NCBI GenBank assembly: GCA_013001685.1
Contig: JABDMD010000184.1
Location: forward strand, 5,139 to 69,138
Source: Gammaproteobacteria bacterium
Lineage (GTDB): Bacteria > Pseudomonadota > Gammaproteobacteria > UBA4575
Direction: 5' to 3'
Length of the DNA stretch: 64,000 bases
Positions 1-11,510 of the stretch are shown one piece after another. Within the stretch, counting starts at the first letter, position 1; each line of letters opens with the position of its first letter. Position numbers and translations under genes: made by a program. The notes below the pieces were generated by a model, which saw nothing but the letters and a program-made list of their open reading frames with translations, did no database searches and was not told the DNA's origin.

Positions 1-332
1 AAGAAAGTTAAAAACGGTTCACGCACCGGATCATTGGAAGTTACACGAATTGCAGTACCACCACCTGGCAAAGAAACAGGTTTAAATTTTAATTGAGTTA
101 AAAAATATGGACGCGGAACACCAACACGATCAAAAACATTTGCAGGTGCTAATTCAACTCGCATTTCTTCTAGCTCATCTGCACGCGCTGAAATTAAATT
201 GATTTGTGCATTTAGCGGTTGATTCAGAGCAGAATCAACTTCGATTTCACCTAAACCCAGAGACAATAATTGCCCAGGAAGTAGCAGTAAAAATGAAATA
301 AGAAGAATATATATAGATGATATACGCACCAT
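1..332 (-). CDS. fimV: FimV/HubP-family polar pilus-assembly scaffold, N-terminal fragment (gene continues off the window edge)
   Basis: Minus-strand ATG at 330-332 follows an AGGTGGAG ribosome-binding site. The translation MVRISSIYILLISFLLLLPGQLLSLGLGEIEVDSALNQPLNAQINLI...IRVTSNDPVREPFLTF matches the conserved FimV N-terminus (signal peptide then LGLGEI..SALNQPL..IRVTS..REP). The asd-fimV adjacency is the same as in Pseudomonas. Confidence 0.6.
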   Translation of the reverse strand, partial: MVRISSIYILLISFLLLLPGQLLSLGLGEIEVDSALNQPLNAQINLISARADELEEMRVELAPANVFDRVGVPRPYFLTQLKFKPVSLPGGGTAIRVTSNDPVREPFLTF

Positions 333-392
333 TTTTGTGCTCCACCTTGATTGCGTTGTTTGCTTTAAAAGATTTATCGTATTTTATATATG

Positions 393-427
393 GGCCAAAC
401 AAAAAACTCTAAGAAATTCTTTGAGTT
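393..427 (-). terminator. Putative rho-independent terminator downstream of asd
   Basis: Inverted repeat aactctaagaa / ttctttgagtt (11 bp arms, 1 mismatch). On the minus strand it is followed by TTTTTTGTTT, about 30 nt after the asd stop. The stem is AT-rich and therefore weak. Confidence 0.35.
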
Positions 428-456
428 ATCGAAATAATTCACCGGGCAACTATAAA

Positions 457-1476
457 TTAAATATGGTTTTTTATCAAAACTTCAGCTATTTGAATACTGT
501 TTAATGCAGCCCCTTTTCTAAGGTTATCGCTCACCACCCACATATTTAAACCCCGTGGATGTGATATATCTTCACGAATCCGCCCTACATATACTGGATC
601 AGTGCCTTCACCCTCGCTTACCGCAGTTGGATAACCGCCATCTTTATGCTCATCAATCACCACAATTCCTGGAGCTGCAGCTAATAAATCGCGTGCTTTT
701 TGAGCAGTTAGTTTCTCTTTCAGCTCAATATGGACCGCCTCGGAGTGTCCATATTTAACCGGAATACGAACCGTGGTCGGATTCACCAAAATAGAGTCAT
801 CTTCCATGATCTTTTGTGTTTCCCAGACCATTTTCATTTCTTCTTTGGTGTAGCCGTTTTCCATGAACATATCTATATGCGGCAAGGCATTGAAGGCAAT
901 CTGTTTCGGATAAACGTCGCATTTAATTGGCTCATTGTTAAAGATAGCTCGGCATTGCTGATCTAGTTCATCGATCGCCTCTTTACCAGTACCCGACACG
1001 GCTTGATAGGTGGCCACATTGATACGCTCGATTCCCACTGCATCTTGCAAAGGCTTTAGCGCAACCAGCATTTGTATAGTGGAACAATTAGGATTCGCAA
1101 TGATACCCCGAGTTTTATAATTTGCGATTTGATGTGCATTTACTTCTGGAACTACTAATGGAATGTCATCTTCGTAACGGAACTGCGAAGTGTTATCCAC
1201 TACCACGCAACCTTGTGCAGCCGCTTTAGGCGCATACTCTTTAGAGATGCTTGCACCTGGTGAAAACAAACCAATATGTGTTTTCGAAAAATCAAATTTA
1301 GTCAAGTCATGCACTTCAATTTCTGCATCACCAAAAGAAACTTTTTTACCTGCCGAACGTGAACTTGCAACAGCATAAACATTGTTAACAGGAAATTTTC
1401 TTTGCGCAAGTATGGAAAGCATTTGCTCACCTACCGCACCAGTAGCACCGACTACTGCAACATCATATTTCTTCAT
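457..1476 (-). CDS. asd: Aspartate-semialdehyde dehydrogenase
   Basis: 339 aa. N-terminal VAVVGATGAVG Rossmann motif and active-site region IANPNCSTI; overall Asd-like. Confidence 0.9.
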   Translation of the reverse strand: MKKYDVAVVGATGAVGEQMLSILAQRKFPVNNVYAVASSRSAGKKVSFGDAEIEVHDLTKFDFSKTHIGLFSPGASISKEYAPKAAAQGCVVVDNTSQFRYEDDIPLVVPEVNAHQIANYKTRGIIANPNCSTIQMLVALKPLQDAVGIERINVATYQAVSGTGKEAIDELDQQCRAIFNNEPIKCDVYPKQIAFNALPHIDMFMENGYTKEEMKMVWETQKIMEDDSILVNPTTVRIPVKYGHSEAVHIELKEKLTAQKARDLLAAAPGIVVIDEHKDGGYPTAVSEGEGTDPVYVGRIREDISHPRGLNMWVVSDNLRKGAALNSIQIAEVLIKNHI

Positions 1477-1513
1477 TTCTATTTTAGTTCTGGTAATTAA
1501 TTTTTTTGGTAAT

Positions 1514-2584
1514 TTAAGTTAATGCGTCGATAACAGCATCACCCATTTCATTAGTTCCTATTGCAGAATGCTTATCTGCTATATCTGTAGTACGCAAACC
1601 ATTTGCAATAACTTGTTGCACGGCTTGCTCAACCTTATCGGCAAGATCCAGCTCTTCTAAACTGTAACGCAACATCATTGCAATCGATAGAATAGTTGCC
1701 AATGGATTGGCAATATTTTTACCAGCAATATCCGGTGCGGAACCATGGATAGGCTCATACATACCTTTATCGTTACTATCTAGTGATGCCGAAGGCAACA
1801 TACCAATCGATCCGGTCAACATTGCTGCTGCATCTGAAAGAATATCGCCAAACATATTTCCTGTTAACACCACATCAAACTGGTTAGGCTCACGCACTAA
1901 CTGCATTGCAGCATTATCTACATACATATGACTTAGGAACACATCTTTATAATTGTTATGCACGGACTCCACCACTTCACGCCAAAGCTCTGAAACCTCC
2001 AACACATTTGCTTTATCAACGGAACAAAGTTTGCTGTTGCGTTTTTGAGCTATTCGGAATGCAACATGCGCAATTCGTGTTACTTCGTTTTCGTCATAAA
2101 TTAAGGTATTAAATCCTTGTCGAACTCCATTTTCTAAAGTGCGAATACCTCGTGGTTCTCCAAAATAAATTCCGCCAGTTAGTTCACGCACAATCATAAT
2201 ATCTAGATCCGCAACTAATTCAGGTTTTAATGACGAAGCTCCCGCTAATGATTTATATAAAATTGCTGGACGCAGATTTGCAAACAGATCTAACTCTGCC
2301 CGAATGCGCAATAAACCATTTTCAGGCCGTAATTTACGCCCAACGTTATCGTATTTTGGCCCACCCACAGCACCTAATAAAATTGCATCAGATGATTTTG
2401 CTAAATCGAGTGTTGTATCTGGTAGAGGATTTTTACAATCGTCATAAGCACTGCCACCAATTAATGCTTCTTCGAGCTCAATTTTAAGATTGTACTCACT
2501 ACGCAAATGCAATAAAACTTTTTTTGCTTGTGCTATGACTTCTGGCCCGATGCCATCACCAGGTAATAACAATACTTTAATCAT
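1514..2584 (-). CDS. leuB: 3-isopropylmalate dehydrogenase
   Basis: 356 aa. [11 protein letters not shown]-terminus and isocitrate/isopropylmalate dehydrogenase signature NLFGDILSD. Confidence 0.9.
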   Translation of the reverse strand: MIKVLLLPGDGIGPEVIAQAKKVLLHLRSEYNLKIELEEALIGGSAYDDCKNPLPDTTLDLAKSSDAILLGAVGGPKYDNVGRKLRPENGLLRIRAELDLFANLRPAILYKSLAGASSLKPELVADLDIMIVRELTGGIYFGEPRGIRTLENGVRQGFNTLIYDENEVTRIAHVAFRIAQKRNSKLCSVDKANVLEVSELWREVVESVHNNYKDVFLSHMYVDNAAMQLVREPNQFDVVLTGNMFGDILSDAAAMLTGSIGMLPSASLDSNDKGMYEPIHGSAPDIAGKNIANPLATILSIAMMLRYSLEELDLADKVEQAVQQVIANGLRTTDIADKHSAIGTNEMGDAVIDALT

Positions 2585-2588
2585 TTTT

Positions 2589-3233
2589 TTATTTAGCTGA
2601 AAACAACCAAGGGCTGGTTTGTTTTAATTTACTCTCATAATCTTTAATTTTATCTTCATGCTGTAAGGTAAGATCAATTTCATCAAAACCATTCACTAAA
2701 CAATATTTTCTAAACTCATCAATCTGAAAAGAAAAAGACTTGTTATTCTCATCGGTTATCGTTTGTGAATCTAAATTAATATTGCACTTATAATTTGGGT
2801 TAGTATTTACATGTTCAAACAAATAATCAATTTCACTAGTACTTAAAGCTATTGGCAATAAACCATTTTTATAACAGTTGCTACGAAATATATCTGCAAA
2901 ACTTGGCGCAATAACGACATTAAAGCCATAGTCTAAAATTGACCAAACCGCGTGCTCCCTGGAAGAACCACAACCAAAATTCTCTCGCGCTAATAGAATT
3001 TTAGCACCTTGATATTGCTTTTTATTCAAAACAAAGTCGTCACTTAAACGACGCTTACTATGATCCTGCCCAAGAACACCTGGATCTTTATAACGCCAGT
3101 TATCAAATAGATTCACACCAAAACCTGTGCGCTTGACAGATTTTAAATATTGCTGCGGAATAATGGCATCCGTATCCACATTACTACGATCAAGAGGCAA
3201 AAATGTAGAGGTAATTTCAGTAAATGCTTTCAT
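2589..3233 (-). CDS. leuD: 3-isopropylmalate dehydratase small subunit
   Basis: 214 aa, aconitase swivel-domain-like. Only 1 nt separates it from leuC, consistent with a leuCDB operon. Confidence 0.85.
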   Translation of the reverse strand: MKAFTEITSTFLPLDRSNVDTDAIIPQQYLKSVKRTGFGVNLFDNWRYKDPGVLGQDHSKRRLSDDFVLNKKQYQGAKILLARENFGCGSSREHAVWSILDYGFNVVIAPSFADIFRSNCYKNGLLPIALSTSEIDYLFEHVNTNPNYKCNINLDSQTITDENNKSFSFQIDEFRKYCLVNGFDEIDLTLQHEDKIKDYESKLKQTSPWLFSAK

Positions 3234-3234
3234 G

Positions 3235-4629
3235 TTATAAATATCTTCTTACATCTACAAAGTGGCCATGTACTGCTGCTGCTGCTGCCATTGCAGGACT
3301 CACTAAATGCGTACGACCACCTTTACCCTGCCGACCCTCAAAGTTTCTATTTGATGTTGATGCACATCGCTCACCAGGCTCTAATTGATCTGCATTCATT
3401 CCTAAACACATAGAACAACCCGGCTCACGCCATTCGAAACCAGCAGCTTTAAATACTTCATCTAAACCTTCTTGTTCAGCTTGCTGCTTTATTAAACCTG
3501 AACCTGGAACTACCATGGCCAGTTTAATATTTTCTGCAAGTTTTCTGTCTTGAATAACATTTGCAGCTTCACGTAAATCTTCAATTCGAGAATTTGTGCA
3601 TGAACCAATAAATACTTTATCCAATTTAATTTCTTCTATTGGGGTACCTGGCTGCAATTCCATATATTTCAATGCACGTTGTTGATCTGCAGTAATATTA
3701 CTTGGAACTGCACCATCAATACCCACTACCATTTCTGGAGAAGTGCCCCAAGTAACTTGTGGCTGCAACTCATTAGCATCTATTTCAATTGTAGAATTAA
3801 AGTTAGCGCCTTCATCGGTATTCAACGTACGCCATTGTGCAACTGCCAAATCCCAGTTTTTATCCTTAGGTGAAAAAGGTCGCCCAGCAATATATTCAAG
3901 CGTTGCATCATCCACAGCAATCATGCCCGCACGTCCACCTGCTTCAATTGACATATTACAAACTGTCATCCGTCCTTCAACTGATAATGCGCGTATTGCA
4001 CTACCTGCAAATTCAATTGTGTGGCCATTTGCACCCGCAGTTCCTAACTTTCCAATAATCGCTAAAATAATATCTTTAGCAGTTACACCGGAAGCACATT
4101 CTCCATTAACTTGTATCAACATGTTTTTAGACTTTTTCATCAACAAACATTGCGTTGCTAATACGTGCTCTACTTCAGAGGTGCCGATACCAAACGCAAG
4201 CGCACCTAGTGCACCATGTGTAGAAGTATGTGAGTCACCACAAACTATTGTCATACCTGGCAAAGAAGCACCCTGTTCTGGACCAATTACATGCACAATA
4301 CCTTGTCGCACATCAAGCATAGGGAAATGTACTAAAGAAAAATCTTTACAATTTTGATCTAAAGTATCGACTTGAGTTTTAGAAATAACATCATCTATAC
4401 CTACACTGCGATCTGTAGTGGGAATATTGTGATCTACGGTTGCCAAAATTGAGTCTTTACGCCATATGTCACGATTCGCTAAACGCAAACCTTCAAACGC
4501 TTGCGGCGAAGTTACTTCGTGCACTAAATGCCGATCGATATAAAGCAAGCTCATACCATCGTCGCGCTCATGCACAACATGATTTTGCCAAACTTTGTCG
4601 TAAAGAGTTTTATTTTGCATTTTCTTCAA
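3235..4629 (-). CDS. leuC: 3-isopropylmalate dehydratase large subunit
   Basis: 464 aa, aconitase family. Cys ligands of the Fe-S cluster are present (GSCTNSR and CSMCLGMN motifs). Confidence 0.9.
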   Translation of the reverse strand: MKKMQNKTLYDKVWQNHVVHERDDGMSLLYIDRHLVHEVTSPQAFEGLRLANRDIWRKDSILATVDHNIPTTDRSVGIDDVISKTQVDTLDQNCKDFSLVHFPMLDVRQGIVHVIGPEQGASLPGMTIVCGDSHTSTHGALGALAFGIGTSEVEHVLATQCLLMKKSKNMLIQVNGECASGVTAKDIILAIIGKLGTAGANGHTIEFAGSAIRALSVEGRMTVCNMSIEAGGRAGMIAVDDATLEYIAGRPFSPKDKNWDLAVAQWRTLNTDEGANFNSTIEIDANELQPQVTWGTSPEMVVGIDGAVPSNITADQQRALKYMELQPGTPIEEIKLDKVFIGSCTNSRIEDLREAANVIQDRKLAENIKLAMVVPGSGLIKQQAEQEGLDEVFKAAGFEWREPGCSMCLGMNADQLEPGERCASTSNRNFEGRQGKGGRTHLVSPAMAAAAAVHGHFVDVRRYL

Positions 4630-4652
4630 TAAATTCTATAAACAATATTAAT

Positions 4653-5819
4653 CTAAGCCTTGCCTAAACCAGGCTTAACAATCCACAAGTACTGAATTAA
4701 GGCGATCAAGGCTATACACATCGCCAATAAATACACATAGGAAGGCCCGATTGAGTTCCAAGTATACCCGCTCACCAGACCGCCAAGCGAACCACCGAGG
4801 CCAAAACTTATACTTGCAAAAAGCGCCTGTCCACGCCCTTGAATTTTGCCAGAGAAGTATCCATCTATAAGATGAATAGCCGAGGCATGAAAAAGCCCGT
4901 AGGACGCTGCATGTAATAATTGCGCAAATAAAAGTATAGATAAATACTCCACATAGAAGGCAATTAACCACCAACGAATCACGGTTAACAGCATCGCTAC
5001 AACAAGCAAGAATTTTGCCCCAAATCTGGGCAACCAACGGTACATATAATAAAACACTACCACCTCAGCCAACACACCCAACGACCATAGTTGACCTATC
5101 AGTGATCGTGAGTAGCCATTATCTTCAGCATAAATACTAAAGAAGGTGTAATAAGGACCATGACTAGCTTGAATAAGAAAACAAGCTAATAGCAGTGCAA
5201 ATACTTGTGGCTGCAAACAGGTTTTCAACATCGAGTACGGTGCAATTTTTTGCAAACTCGGAGGCCTCTCATTAACAAACAATGTATTCACCCAAGTAAA
5301 CAATAAAATGATCAATATGATCCATGGCAAATGCTCAATGCCAAACTTTTCCAACGCAGGTGCCATCAAAGAAGCAGTAACAATAAAACCTACCGAGCCC
5401 CACAAACGTATACGACTATACATCTGCTTGCTGTCACCCAAGTTGTTCATAGTGGCCGCTTCAAATTGAGGAAGCGTTGCATTCCAAAAAAAACTATAGC
5501 CTGCTAAAACAATCAGTAGTACCCAATATCCTTGCCATATTAAAGTGGTCGAAAAAATAACCATGCCTGTAAAGGATGCCAAGCGAATTGCGGATAAACG
5601 TTTACCAGTGTGATCCGCGACCCAACCCCAAATATAAGGCGCAAATATTTTCGTTGCTAAAAGAACCGCTGATAACTCACCAATTTGCCGCGCTGAAAAT
5701 TCGAGATGCTTTAAATATAAATTCCAGTACGGAAGGTATGCGCCAATGCTGGCGAAATAGAAAAAATAAAATCCTGCGAGCGATTGATGCTCGGCAGAAG
5801 TTTTCTGCTTAACAAACAT
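4653..5819 (-). CDS. MFS transporter (HcaT/PPP-like)
   Basis: 388 aa, multi-helix hydrophobic protein. The N-terminal region FYFFYFASIGAYLPYWNLYL is typical of the 3-phenylpropionate-type MFS subfamily. Confidence 0.55.
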   Translation of the reverse strand: MFVKQKTSAEHQSLAGFYFFYFASIGAYLPYWNLYLKHLEFSARQIGELSAVLLATKIFAPYIWGWVADHTGKRLSAIRLASFTGMVIFSTTLIWQGYWVLLIVLAGYSFFWNATLPQFEAATMNNLGDSKQMYSRIRLWGSVGFIVTASLMAPALEKFGIEHLPWIILIILLFTWVNTLFVNERPPSLQKIAPYSMLKTCLQPQVFALLLACFLIQASHGPYYTFFSIYAEDNGYSRSLIGQLWSLGVLAEVVVFYYMYRWLPRFGAKFLLVVAMLLTVIRWWLIAFYVEYLSILLFAQLLHAASYGLFHASAIHLIDGYFSGKIQGRGQALFASISFGLGGSLGGLVSGYTWNSIGPSYVYLLAMCIALIALIQYLWIVKPGLGKA

Positions 5820-5850
5820 GAGTACGTGAAGGTTTAAATTAACTACAGCG

Positions 5851-6948
5851 TTATATCGAAGCAGGAATATCAGGTGTAGAACAAGTCACGTTTGCATTTT
5901 GTGCTCGATGACGTAACACGTGGTCCATTAATACTAGTGCAAGCATTGCCTCTACTATGGGCACACCGCGAATTCCTACACAAGGATCGTGCCTACCTTT
6001 AGTAACAACTTCGGTTTGATTACCATCTTTATCAACGGTTTTGCCCGGAATACGAATGCTAGAAGTTGGTTTAAACGCAACACTTGCAAGAATATCCTGT
6101 CCAGAAGAAATGCCACCCAAAGTTCCACCTGCATGATTAGTTAGAAAACCTTGCGGTGTTATTTCATCACGATGTTGCGAACCCTTTTGCACAACACTTT
6201 TAAAACCTGCGCCGATTTCGATCCCTTTAACCGCATTTATGCTCATAATTGCATGTGCAATATCTGAGTCGAGCCGGTCAAATATAGGTTCACCTAAGCC
6301 AACTGGCATTCCGCTGGCTACAACATTTACTCGCGCACCTACAGAGTCACCTTGCTTGCGCAAGTCATCCATATAGGCTTCTAACTCAACAACTTTACTT
6401 TCATCTGGGCAAAAAAATGGATTATCTTCAACCACCGCCCAATCTTTATGTTCAATAACTATCTCACCAAGTTGAGCAAGGTAGGCTTGAATTTTTATTC
6501 CGTAGATTTCATATAAATATTTACGTGCAACACCAGCCGCAGCGACACGCATTGCGGTTTCTCTGGCAGAAGAACGTCCACCACCACGGTAATCCCGCAA
6601 GCCATATTTTTTCAGATAGGGGTAATCCGCATGACCGGGCCGAAACTTATCCATGATTTCGGAATAGTCTTTCGTACGTGCATCCTGGTTATAGATAATT
6701 AAACCAATTGGCGCACCAGTTGTTTTACCCTCAAAAGTGCCAGATAGAATTTCAACCTGGTCGGGTTCACGTCTTTGCGTGGTATGGCGAGACTTGCCAG
6801 GCCTGCGACGCTCTAAGTCAATTTGCAGGTCTTCCTCGCTCAATGCTAAACCAGGTGGGCAGCCGTCTACAATACAGCCAATCGCCTTACCATGGCTTTC
6901 GCCAAATGAGCTAACGGTGAATAATTTACCAATTGAATTACCTGACAT
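5851..6948 (-). CDS. aroC: Chorismate synthase
   Basis: Conserved AroC sequence ([17 protein letters not shown]...[15 protein letters not shown]). The track ORF is extended 13 codons upstream of the likely real start. Confidence 0.85.
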   Translation of the reverse strand: MSGNSIGKLFTVSSFGESHGKAIGCIVDGCPPGLALSEEDLQIDLERRRPGKSRHTTQRREPDQVEILSGTFEGKTTGAPIGLIIYNQDARTKDYSEIMDKFRPGHADYPYLKKYGLRDYRGGGRSSARETAMRVAAAGVARKYLYEIYGIKIQAYLAQLGEIVIEHKDWAVVEDNPFFCPDESKVVELEAYMDDLRKQGDSVGARVNVVASGMPVGLGEPIFDRLDSDIAHAIMSINAVKGIEIGAGFKSVVQKGSQHRDEITPQGFLTNHAGGTLGGISSGQDILASVAFKPTSSIRIPGKTVDKDGNQTEVVTKGRHDPCVGIRGVPIVEAMLALVLMDHVLRHRAQNANVTCSTPDIPASI

Positions 6949-7062
6949 GCTTGGATTGTAACTGATCAGTGTTAGGAATAGCAGCATACTGATTGATTAC
7001 CCAATGGAGAACTATCTATTCTGCTTGGTATACACAAATTTTGGCTATGAAATAATATATTT

Positions 7063-7749
7063 ATGAATCAAAGATTGATGAGCAACAGCTCGCGCCAATA
7101 CGGACGCAGTGCAAATATTTTACTTCTGGTAATTGCTGCACTCGCAATTGGTATTGGTTTTTACAGCTATCAGAACACGCAAACTAAATCGGTAAGCGCA
7201 GATAATTTACAAAAAGCAACCTCACTGCATAGCAACCCTCGCACACTCCCAAGTTTTTCACTAATAAACCATCTCAACAAATCTTTTAGTAATCAAGACT
7301 TAGTCGGTTCATGGAGCATGGTATTTTTTGGCTTTACTAATTGCCCCGATGTATGTCCACTTACGCTTAGCATTCTCGACCAAGTAACAAGCGAATTAAG
7401 GAATAACGACACAAATTCTTTAAGCGTTCCTCGCAACATTTTTATTTCTGTAGACCCTAAACGTGATCAACCTGAAAAACTAAAAGAATATGTAGAACAT
7501 TTTAATGATGACATGATTGGTTTAACCGGCAGCAAGGAGCAAATTGATAGCCTTACTCAATCGTTTGGAGCCATTTATGCAATAGCAGATAACACAACCG
7601 GAAATTATTTAGTAGATCATAGCGCACATATTTTTGTCATTGCGCCTGATGGAAAAATGGTAGCATTGTTTAGCACACCACATGATGCCAAAATAATTGC
7701 CAATGATTTTAGAACTATTAGCGCACTCTACAAAAACAACAAAAGTTAA
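7063..7749 (+). CDS. SCO1/SenC copper chaperone (thioredoxin fold)
   Basis: 228 aa. N-terminal membrane anchor and the CxxxC copper-binding motif within FGFTNCPDVCP. Confidence 0.7.
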   Translation: MNQRLMSNSSRQYGRSANILLLVIAALAIGIGFYSYQNTQTKSVSADNLQKATSLHSNPRTLPSFSLINHLNKSFSNQDLVGSWSMVFFGFTNCPDVCPLTLSILDQVTSELRNNDTNSLSVPRNIFISVDPKRDQPEKLKEYVEHFNDDMIGLTGSKEQIDSLTQSFGAIYAIADNTTGNYLVDHSAHIFVIAPDGKMVALFSTPHDAKIIANDFRTISALYKNNKS

Positions 7750-7758
7750 TTAACATTT

Positions 7759-8604
7759 ATGTGGAAGAAAACTAAGGGATTTTTATTCCACCTATTCCCT
7801 CATCATTTTGTATCGCGCTTTACTTTTTGGCTAACACGCCTAGAAACACCGCTAAAAAATCCTGCAATTCGACTTTTTATTCGTACATTCGATGTAGATA
7901 TGAGCGAATCCGAGTACCAATCTGCCGAAAGCTACATAACTTTTAATAAATTTTTTACTCGTAAATTAATTGCTGGTGCTCGCCCTATAGACAGCCATGC
8001 AAATTCTATTGCCTGCCCTGCAGATGGTCGCATTAGTCAAATTGCTAAATATCTAGATGGACAAGCTATTCAAGCCAAGGGGCAAAACTTCTCTATGCTT
8101 CAACTGCTTGGTGGTGAAAATAAATACGGCACTCTTTGCAAAAGTGGCCACTTTGCGACTATTTATTTGTCACCAAAAAACTATCACCGCGTACATATGC
8201 CTTTTGATGGTGAATTAGTGGAGATGATTTACGTTCCAGGTAGATTATTTAGTGTTGCACCTTATTCAGTAGAAATAATTAAAGGCTTATACAGTAGAAA
8301 TGAACGCATTGTTTCGATATTCAAAACAAAAATTGGTTACATGGCAGTAGTTATGGTGGGTGCTGTCAATGTCGCAGCGATAGAAATGGCATGGGAAGGT
8401 TTAGTGACCCCACCACATGGCAAAAATATTGCTAGAAAAACCTATAGCAATGTCAAACTAAAAAAAGGTGATGAACTCGGTATTTTTAATATGGGTTCAA
8501 CAGTCGTCATAGCATTTGAAGCAAACAAATTAGAGTGGCACAGTAACTTACAAACTCAGCAAGTTGTGCAAATGGGACAAACGCTGGGAGAAGCTATAAT
8601 TTAA
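7759..8604 (+). CDS. psd: Phosphatidylserine decarboxylase proenzyme
   Basis: 281 aa. C-terminal self-cleavage GST motif (FNMGSTVV) and conserved YHRVHMP segment. Confidence 0.8.
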   Translation: MWKKTKGFLFHLFPHHFVSRFTFWLTRLETPLKNPAIRLFIRTFDVDMSESEYQSAESYITFNKFFTRKLIAGARPIDSHANSIACPADGRISQIAKYLDGQAIQAKGQNFSMLQLLGGENKYGTLCKSGHFATIYLSPKNYHRVHMPFDGELVEMIYVPGRLFSVAPYSVEIIKGLYSRNERIVSIFKTKIGYMAVVMVGAVNVAAIEMAWEGLVTPPHGKNIARKTYSNVKLKKGDELGIFNMGSTVVIAFEANKLEWHSNLQTQQVVQMGQTLGEAII

Positions 8605-8605
8605 C

Positions 8606-9532
8606 TTAAGGAAAAGATAAAACGCTTTTAATATCACCTACATCTAACATTACCATCAATAATCGATCTATACCAAACGCAACACCTGCACTTTCGGGTA
8701 AGCCCGATTTAAGTGCCAATAAAAATTCTATATCGATCTCTATGGCTTTTTTACCTACCAACAAACGCTGGCGATTATCTTCCTCAAAACGCGACAACTG
8801 CTCTTGCGCATCAGTAAGCTCTTGAAATCCGTTAGCTAACTCTACCCCACCAAAATATAATTCAAATCTTTCAGCACAACCTTGATCATTTAACTTTGCT
8901 AGCGCTGCCTGCTCAACAGGAAAATCATATACAAATGTAATGCGTCGTTTCTCTAACTTAGGAACGATGATTTGATCTAGAATAAGATTTTGGTATTGAT
9001 GAGTTGTTAAAGCAGAATTTAATTTAAGTGAATGATCTCCACAAACTTGCAAATAATCTGCCTGATTTGAAGTCTGGATATCAATGCCAGCATATTTTTT
9101 AAAAATTTGCTGATAGCTAATATAAGTAACATCAAGCGGTTCAAGGTTATTACCCACCAAAGTAGTAACTAGCTCAGCAACTTCTTTCATTAAGTCTTTA
9201 TAGGACCACGCAACGCGATACCATTCAAGCATTGTGAACTCATCATTATGATAACTACTCTTTTCATTGGCACGAAACACTTTGCATAACTGATAGATAT
9301 CACATTTATGAAAAGCCAATAACCTTTTCATCGCGTATTCAGGTGAGGTATGTAAAATTTTATAATTATCTGTAGCAATACTATCTATATGCAAATCCGT
9401 TACAGAATATTGATTAAGTATTGGAGTTTCTACTTCAATAACATTATGTGATTGGAAAAATGCACGAATTTTCGCATTCACTTCAGCACGAGTGCTTAGC
9501 GCATCTAACGTTGCTTGAGGTTCCCAACTCAT
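8606..9532 (-). CDS. epmA: EF-P lysine-34 beta-lysyltransferase (PoxA/GenX, class II LysRS paralog)
   Basis: 308 aa truncated lysyl-tRNA-synthetase-like catalytic domain. It lies next to efp and epmB. Confidence 0.75.
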   Translation of the reverse strand: MSWEPQATLDALSTRAEVNAKIRAFFQSHNVIEVETPILNQYSVTDLHIDSIATDNYKILHTSPEYAMKRLLAFHKCDIYQLCKVFRANEKSSYHNDEFTMLEWYRVAWSYKDLMKEVAELVTTLVGNNLEPLDVTYISYQQIFKKYAGIDIQTSNQADYLQVCGDHSLKLNSALTTHQYQNLILDQIIVPKLEKRRITFVYDFPVEQAALAKLNDQGCAERFELYFGGVELANGFQELTDAQEQLSRFEEDNRQRLLVGKKAIEIDIEFLLALKSGLPESAGVAFGIDRLLMVMLDVGDIKSVLSFP

Positions 9533-9599
9533 TTCAAGATGCTGTTTTATAAGAAGGTCAAATATCTATATTTGACAGAATAAATTAGAGCTTTTGACA

Positions 9600-10169
9600 T
9601 TAATCTTTAACACGAGACACATATTCGGCAGTTCGTGTGTCTATACGTAGGACTTCCCCCTCTTCCACAAACAAAGGCACCTTTACCACTGCACCGGTTT
9701 CCAATGTTGCAGGTTTGGTACCGCCTTGCGCAGTATCACCGCGAACTCCAGGGTCGGTTTGAGTAATCTGTAACTCGACAAAATTAGGTACTGCTACTGA
9801 TAAAGGCTGACCATCAAGCAAAGTCACCACACAATCTTCTTGTCCTTTTAGCCATTGAACAGCATCTCCCACAGAATCTTTTGACATCGCAAATTGTTCA
9901 TAAGACTTGGGCTCCATGAAATGCCACTCTTCACCATCGTTGTATAAATATTGCATATCTGTATCCATCACATCTGCAGCTTCAACCGATTCACCAGACT
10001 TAAAAGTACGGTCTACAACACGACCTGATTTAAGATTACGAAGCTTCACACGGTTAAAGGCCTGACCTTTGCCCGGTTTAACAAATTCATTTTCAATTAT
10101 AGTGTAAGGGTCGCCATCTAAAATTAGCTTTAAACCAGCGCGAAATTCATTACTATTGTAGTTTGCCAT
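9600..10169 (-). CDS. efp: Translation elongation factor P
   Basis: EF-P fold with the modified loop KPGKGQAF (Lys34 equivalent). The likely true start is MANYNS; the track ORF is extended 4 codons. Confidence 0.85.
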   Translation of the reverse strand: MANYNSNEFRAGLKLILDGDPYTIIENEFVKPGKGQAFNRVKLRNLKSGRVVDRTFKSGESVEAADVMDTDMQYLYNDGEEWHFMEPKSYEQFAMSKDSVGDAVQWLKGQEDCVVTLLDGQPLSVAVPNFVELQITQTDPGVRGDTAQGGTKPATLETGAVVKVPLFVEEGEVLRIDTRTAEYVSRVKD

Positions 10170-10192
10170 TATTAAAAACACGTGATTTTATG

Positions 10193-11272
10193 AGTTCATC
10201 GAATATCCACAGTCTAGCACGAGATTGTTCAAGCTCTAAAGACAAACAAGAATCCAAGGTAACAGTCGGATCAATTCCAACAACACTGTTACCTTCTAGT
10301 TGGCAGTTAGAATACAAAACATCGATCACCAATATAAATAAGTTATGCCAAACCTTAGGATTAAAAATTGAACAGCTTCCAATCAGTTTTCAAGTAAATA
10401 AACAATTTCAATTAAGAGCACCTAAGAGCTATGTTGAACGCATACAAAAATACAACCCTAAGGACCCGTTGCTATTACAAATTTTACCTAGCAGCCATGA
10501 AGAAAATGCTACTGAAGGTTACTTAAAAGATCCAGTTGGCGATTTACAAAGCATTAAAACACCCGGCTTACTACAAAAATATAATGGTCGTGCTTTGCTA
10601 CTTGCTACTAGTCGTTGCGCAATACATTGCAGATATTGTTTTCGCAGACACTTCCCTTACTCAATACAAAATCCACGCCACGACAGTTGGATGCAAGCAC
10701 TACAAGAACTTCAACGTGACACCAGTATTGTAGAAGTAATCCTAAGTGGCGGAGACCCTCTCGTCCTTGACGACTCAGAGCTGGAAAAACTCATTTCTAA
10801 GCTTCAGTCAATTGAACATATAAAAAGGCTACGCATTCACACCCGTCTACCCGTAGTAATACCAAAGCGTATTAATGACCAACTATTAAACTGGATAAGC
10901 AACTCTCGACTGAAAGTTATTATGGTGTTGCACATTAACCATGCCCAAGAAATTAACACTCAACTGAAGAATAATCTAAAAAATTTAGCAAACATTAATT
11001 GCACATTATTAAACCAGAGTGTGTTATTGAGAAATATTAATGATCAGTCATCTAGCTTAATTGATCTAAGTGAAGCATTGTTTAATGCTGGCGTTTTACC
11101 GTATTACTTACACCTATTAGATAAAGTAGATGGTGCCGCACATTTTGATGTGCCTGAAGAAAATGCTCGTAAACTAATGCGAGAAATTAGCAAGCATTTA
11201 CCAGGCTATCTGGTACCCAAACTAGTCAAAGAAATTCAAGGCAAATGCTCGAAGAGCTTAATAAGTTACTGA
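10193..11272 (+). CDS. epmB: EF-P beta-lysylation lysine 2,3-aminomutase (radical SAM)
   Basis: CxxxCxxC radical-SAM motif (CAIHCRYCFRR) and KamA-like body. The track 5' end at 10163 overlaps efp and is probably an over-extension. Confidence 0.8.
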   Translation, partial: SSSNIHSLARDCSSSKDKQESKVTVGSIPTTLLPSSWQLEYKTSITNINKLCQTLGLKIEQLPISFQVNKQFQLRAPKSYVERIQKYNPKDPLLLQILPSSHEENATEGYLKDPVGDLQSIKTPGLLQKYNGRALLLATSRCAIHCRYCFRRHFPYSIQNPRHDSWMQALQELQRDTSIVEVILSGGDPLVLDDSELEKLISKLQSIEHIKRLRIHTRLPVVIPKRINDQLLNWISNSRLKVIMVLHINHAQEINTQLKNNLKNLANINCTLLNQSVLLRNINDQSSSLIDLSEALFNAGVLPYYLHLLDKVDGAAHFDVPEENARKLMREISKHLPGYLVPKLVKEIQGKCSKSLISY

Positions 11273-11427
11273 ACTGTATAAAACCTGTTTCCCTGCCAAA
11301 CTTGCCAACACGATCACACTTTAACTCTCTAATATCTCACCCCGACATTTCTTCCTGATAAAGCCACAGAAATTAAAGACAAGTCGTTGTGCAAATCCAA
11401 CTGCGAAAGCCAATAAATCTATACACT

Positions 11428-11477
11428 TATATAGAAATTATTGCTCAATTTATATATAGAAATTATTGCTCAATTTA
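11428..11477. repeat. Perfect 2 x 25 bp tandem direct repeat (tatatagaaattattgctcaattta) about 33 bp upstream of the fimW-like gene
   Basis: Read directly from the sequence: 11428-11452 and 11453-11477 are identical. Confidence 0.9.
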
Positions 11478-11510
11478 GCACTAGATAAATCATTGTTTAT
11501 GTAAAGAAAT

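Noticed and set aside
3743-4357. 204 aa plus-strand ORF, antisense to leuC
   Set aside because: Lies entirely inside the well-supported leuC coding sequence on the opposite strand. It has a low-complexity Ser/Ala/Pro composition typical of antisense frames of a real gene.
5851-6987. N-terminal 13-residue extension of chorismate synthase ([13 protein letters not shown]...)
   Set aside because: Hydrophobic and non-conserved. The conserved AroC N-terminus begins at the internal Met ([10 protein letters not shown]), so the extension is an ORF-finder over-call rather than a signal peptide.
10163-10181. Apparent 19 bp overlap of the efp 5' end and the epmB 5' end (divergent genes)
   Set aside because: Artifact of the ORF track extending to the furthest upstream start. 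efp most likely starts at MANYNS (10169) and epmB at MSSSN (10193), which removes the overlap.
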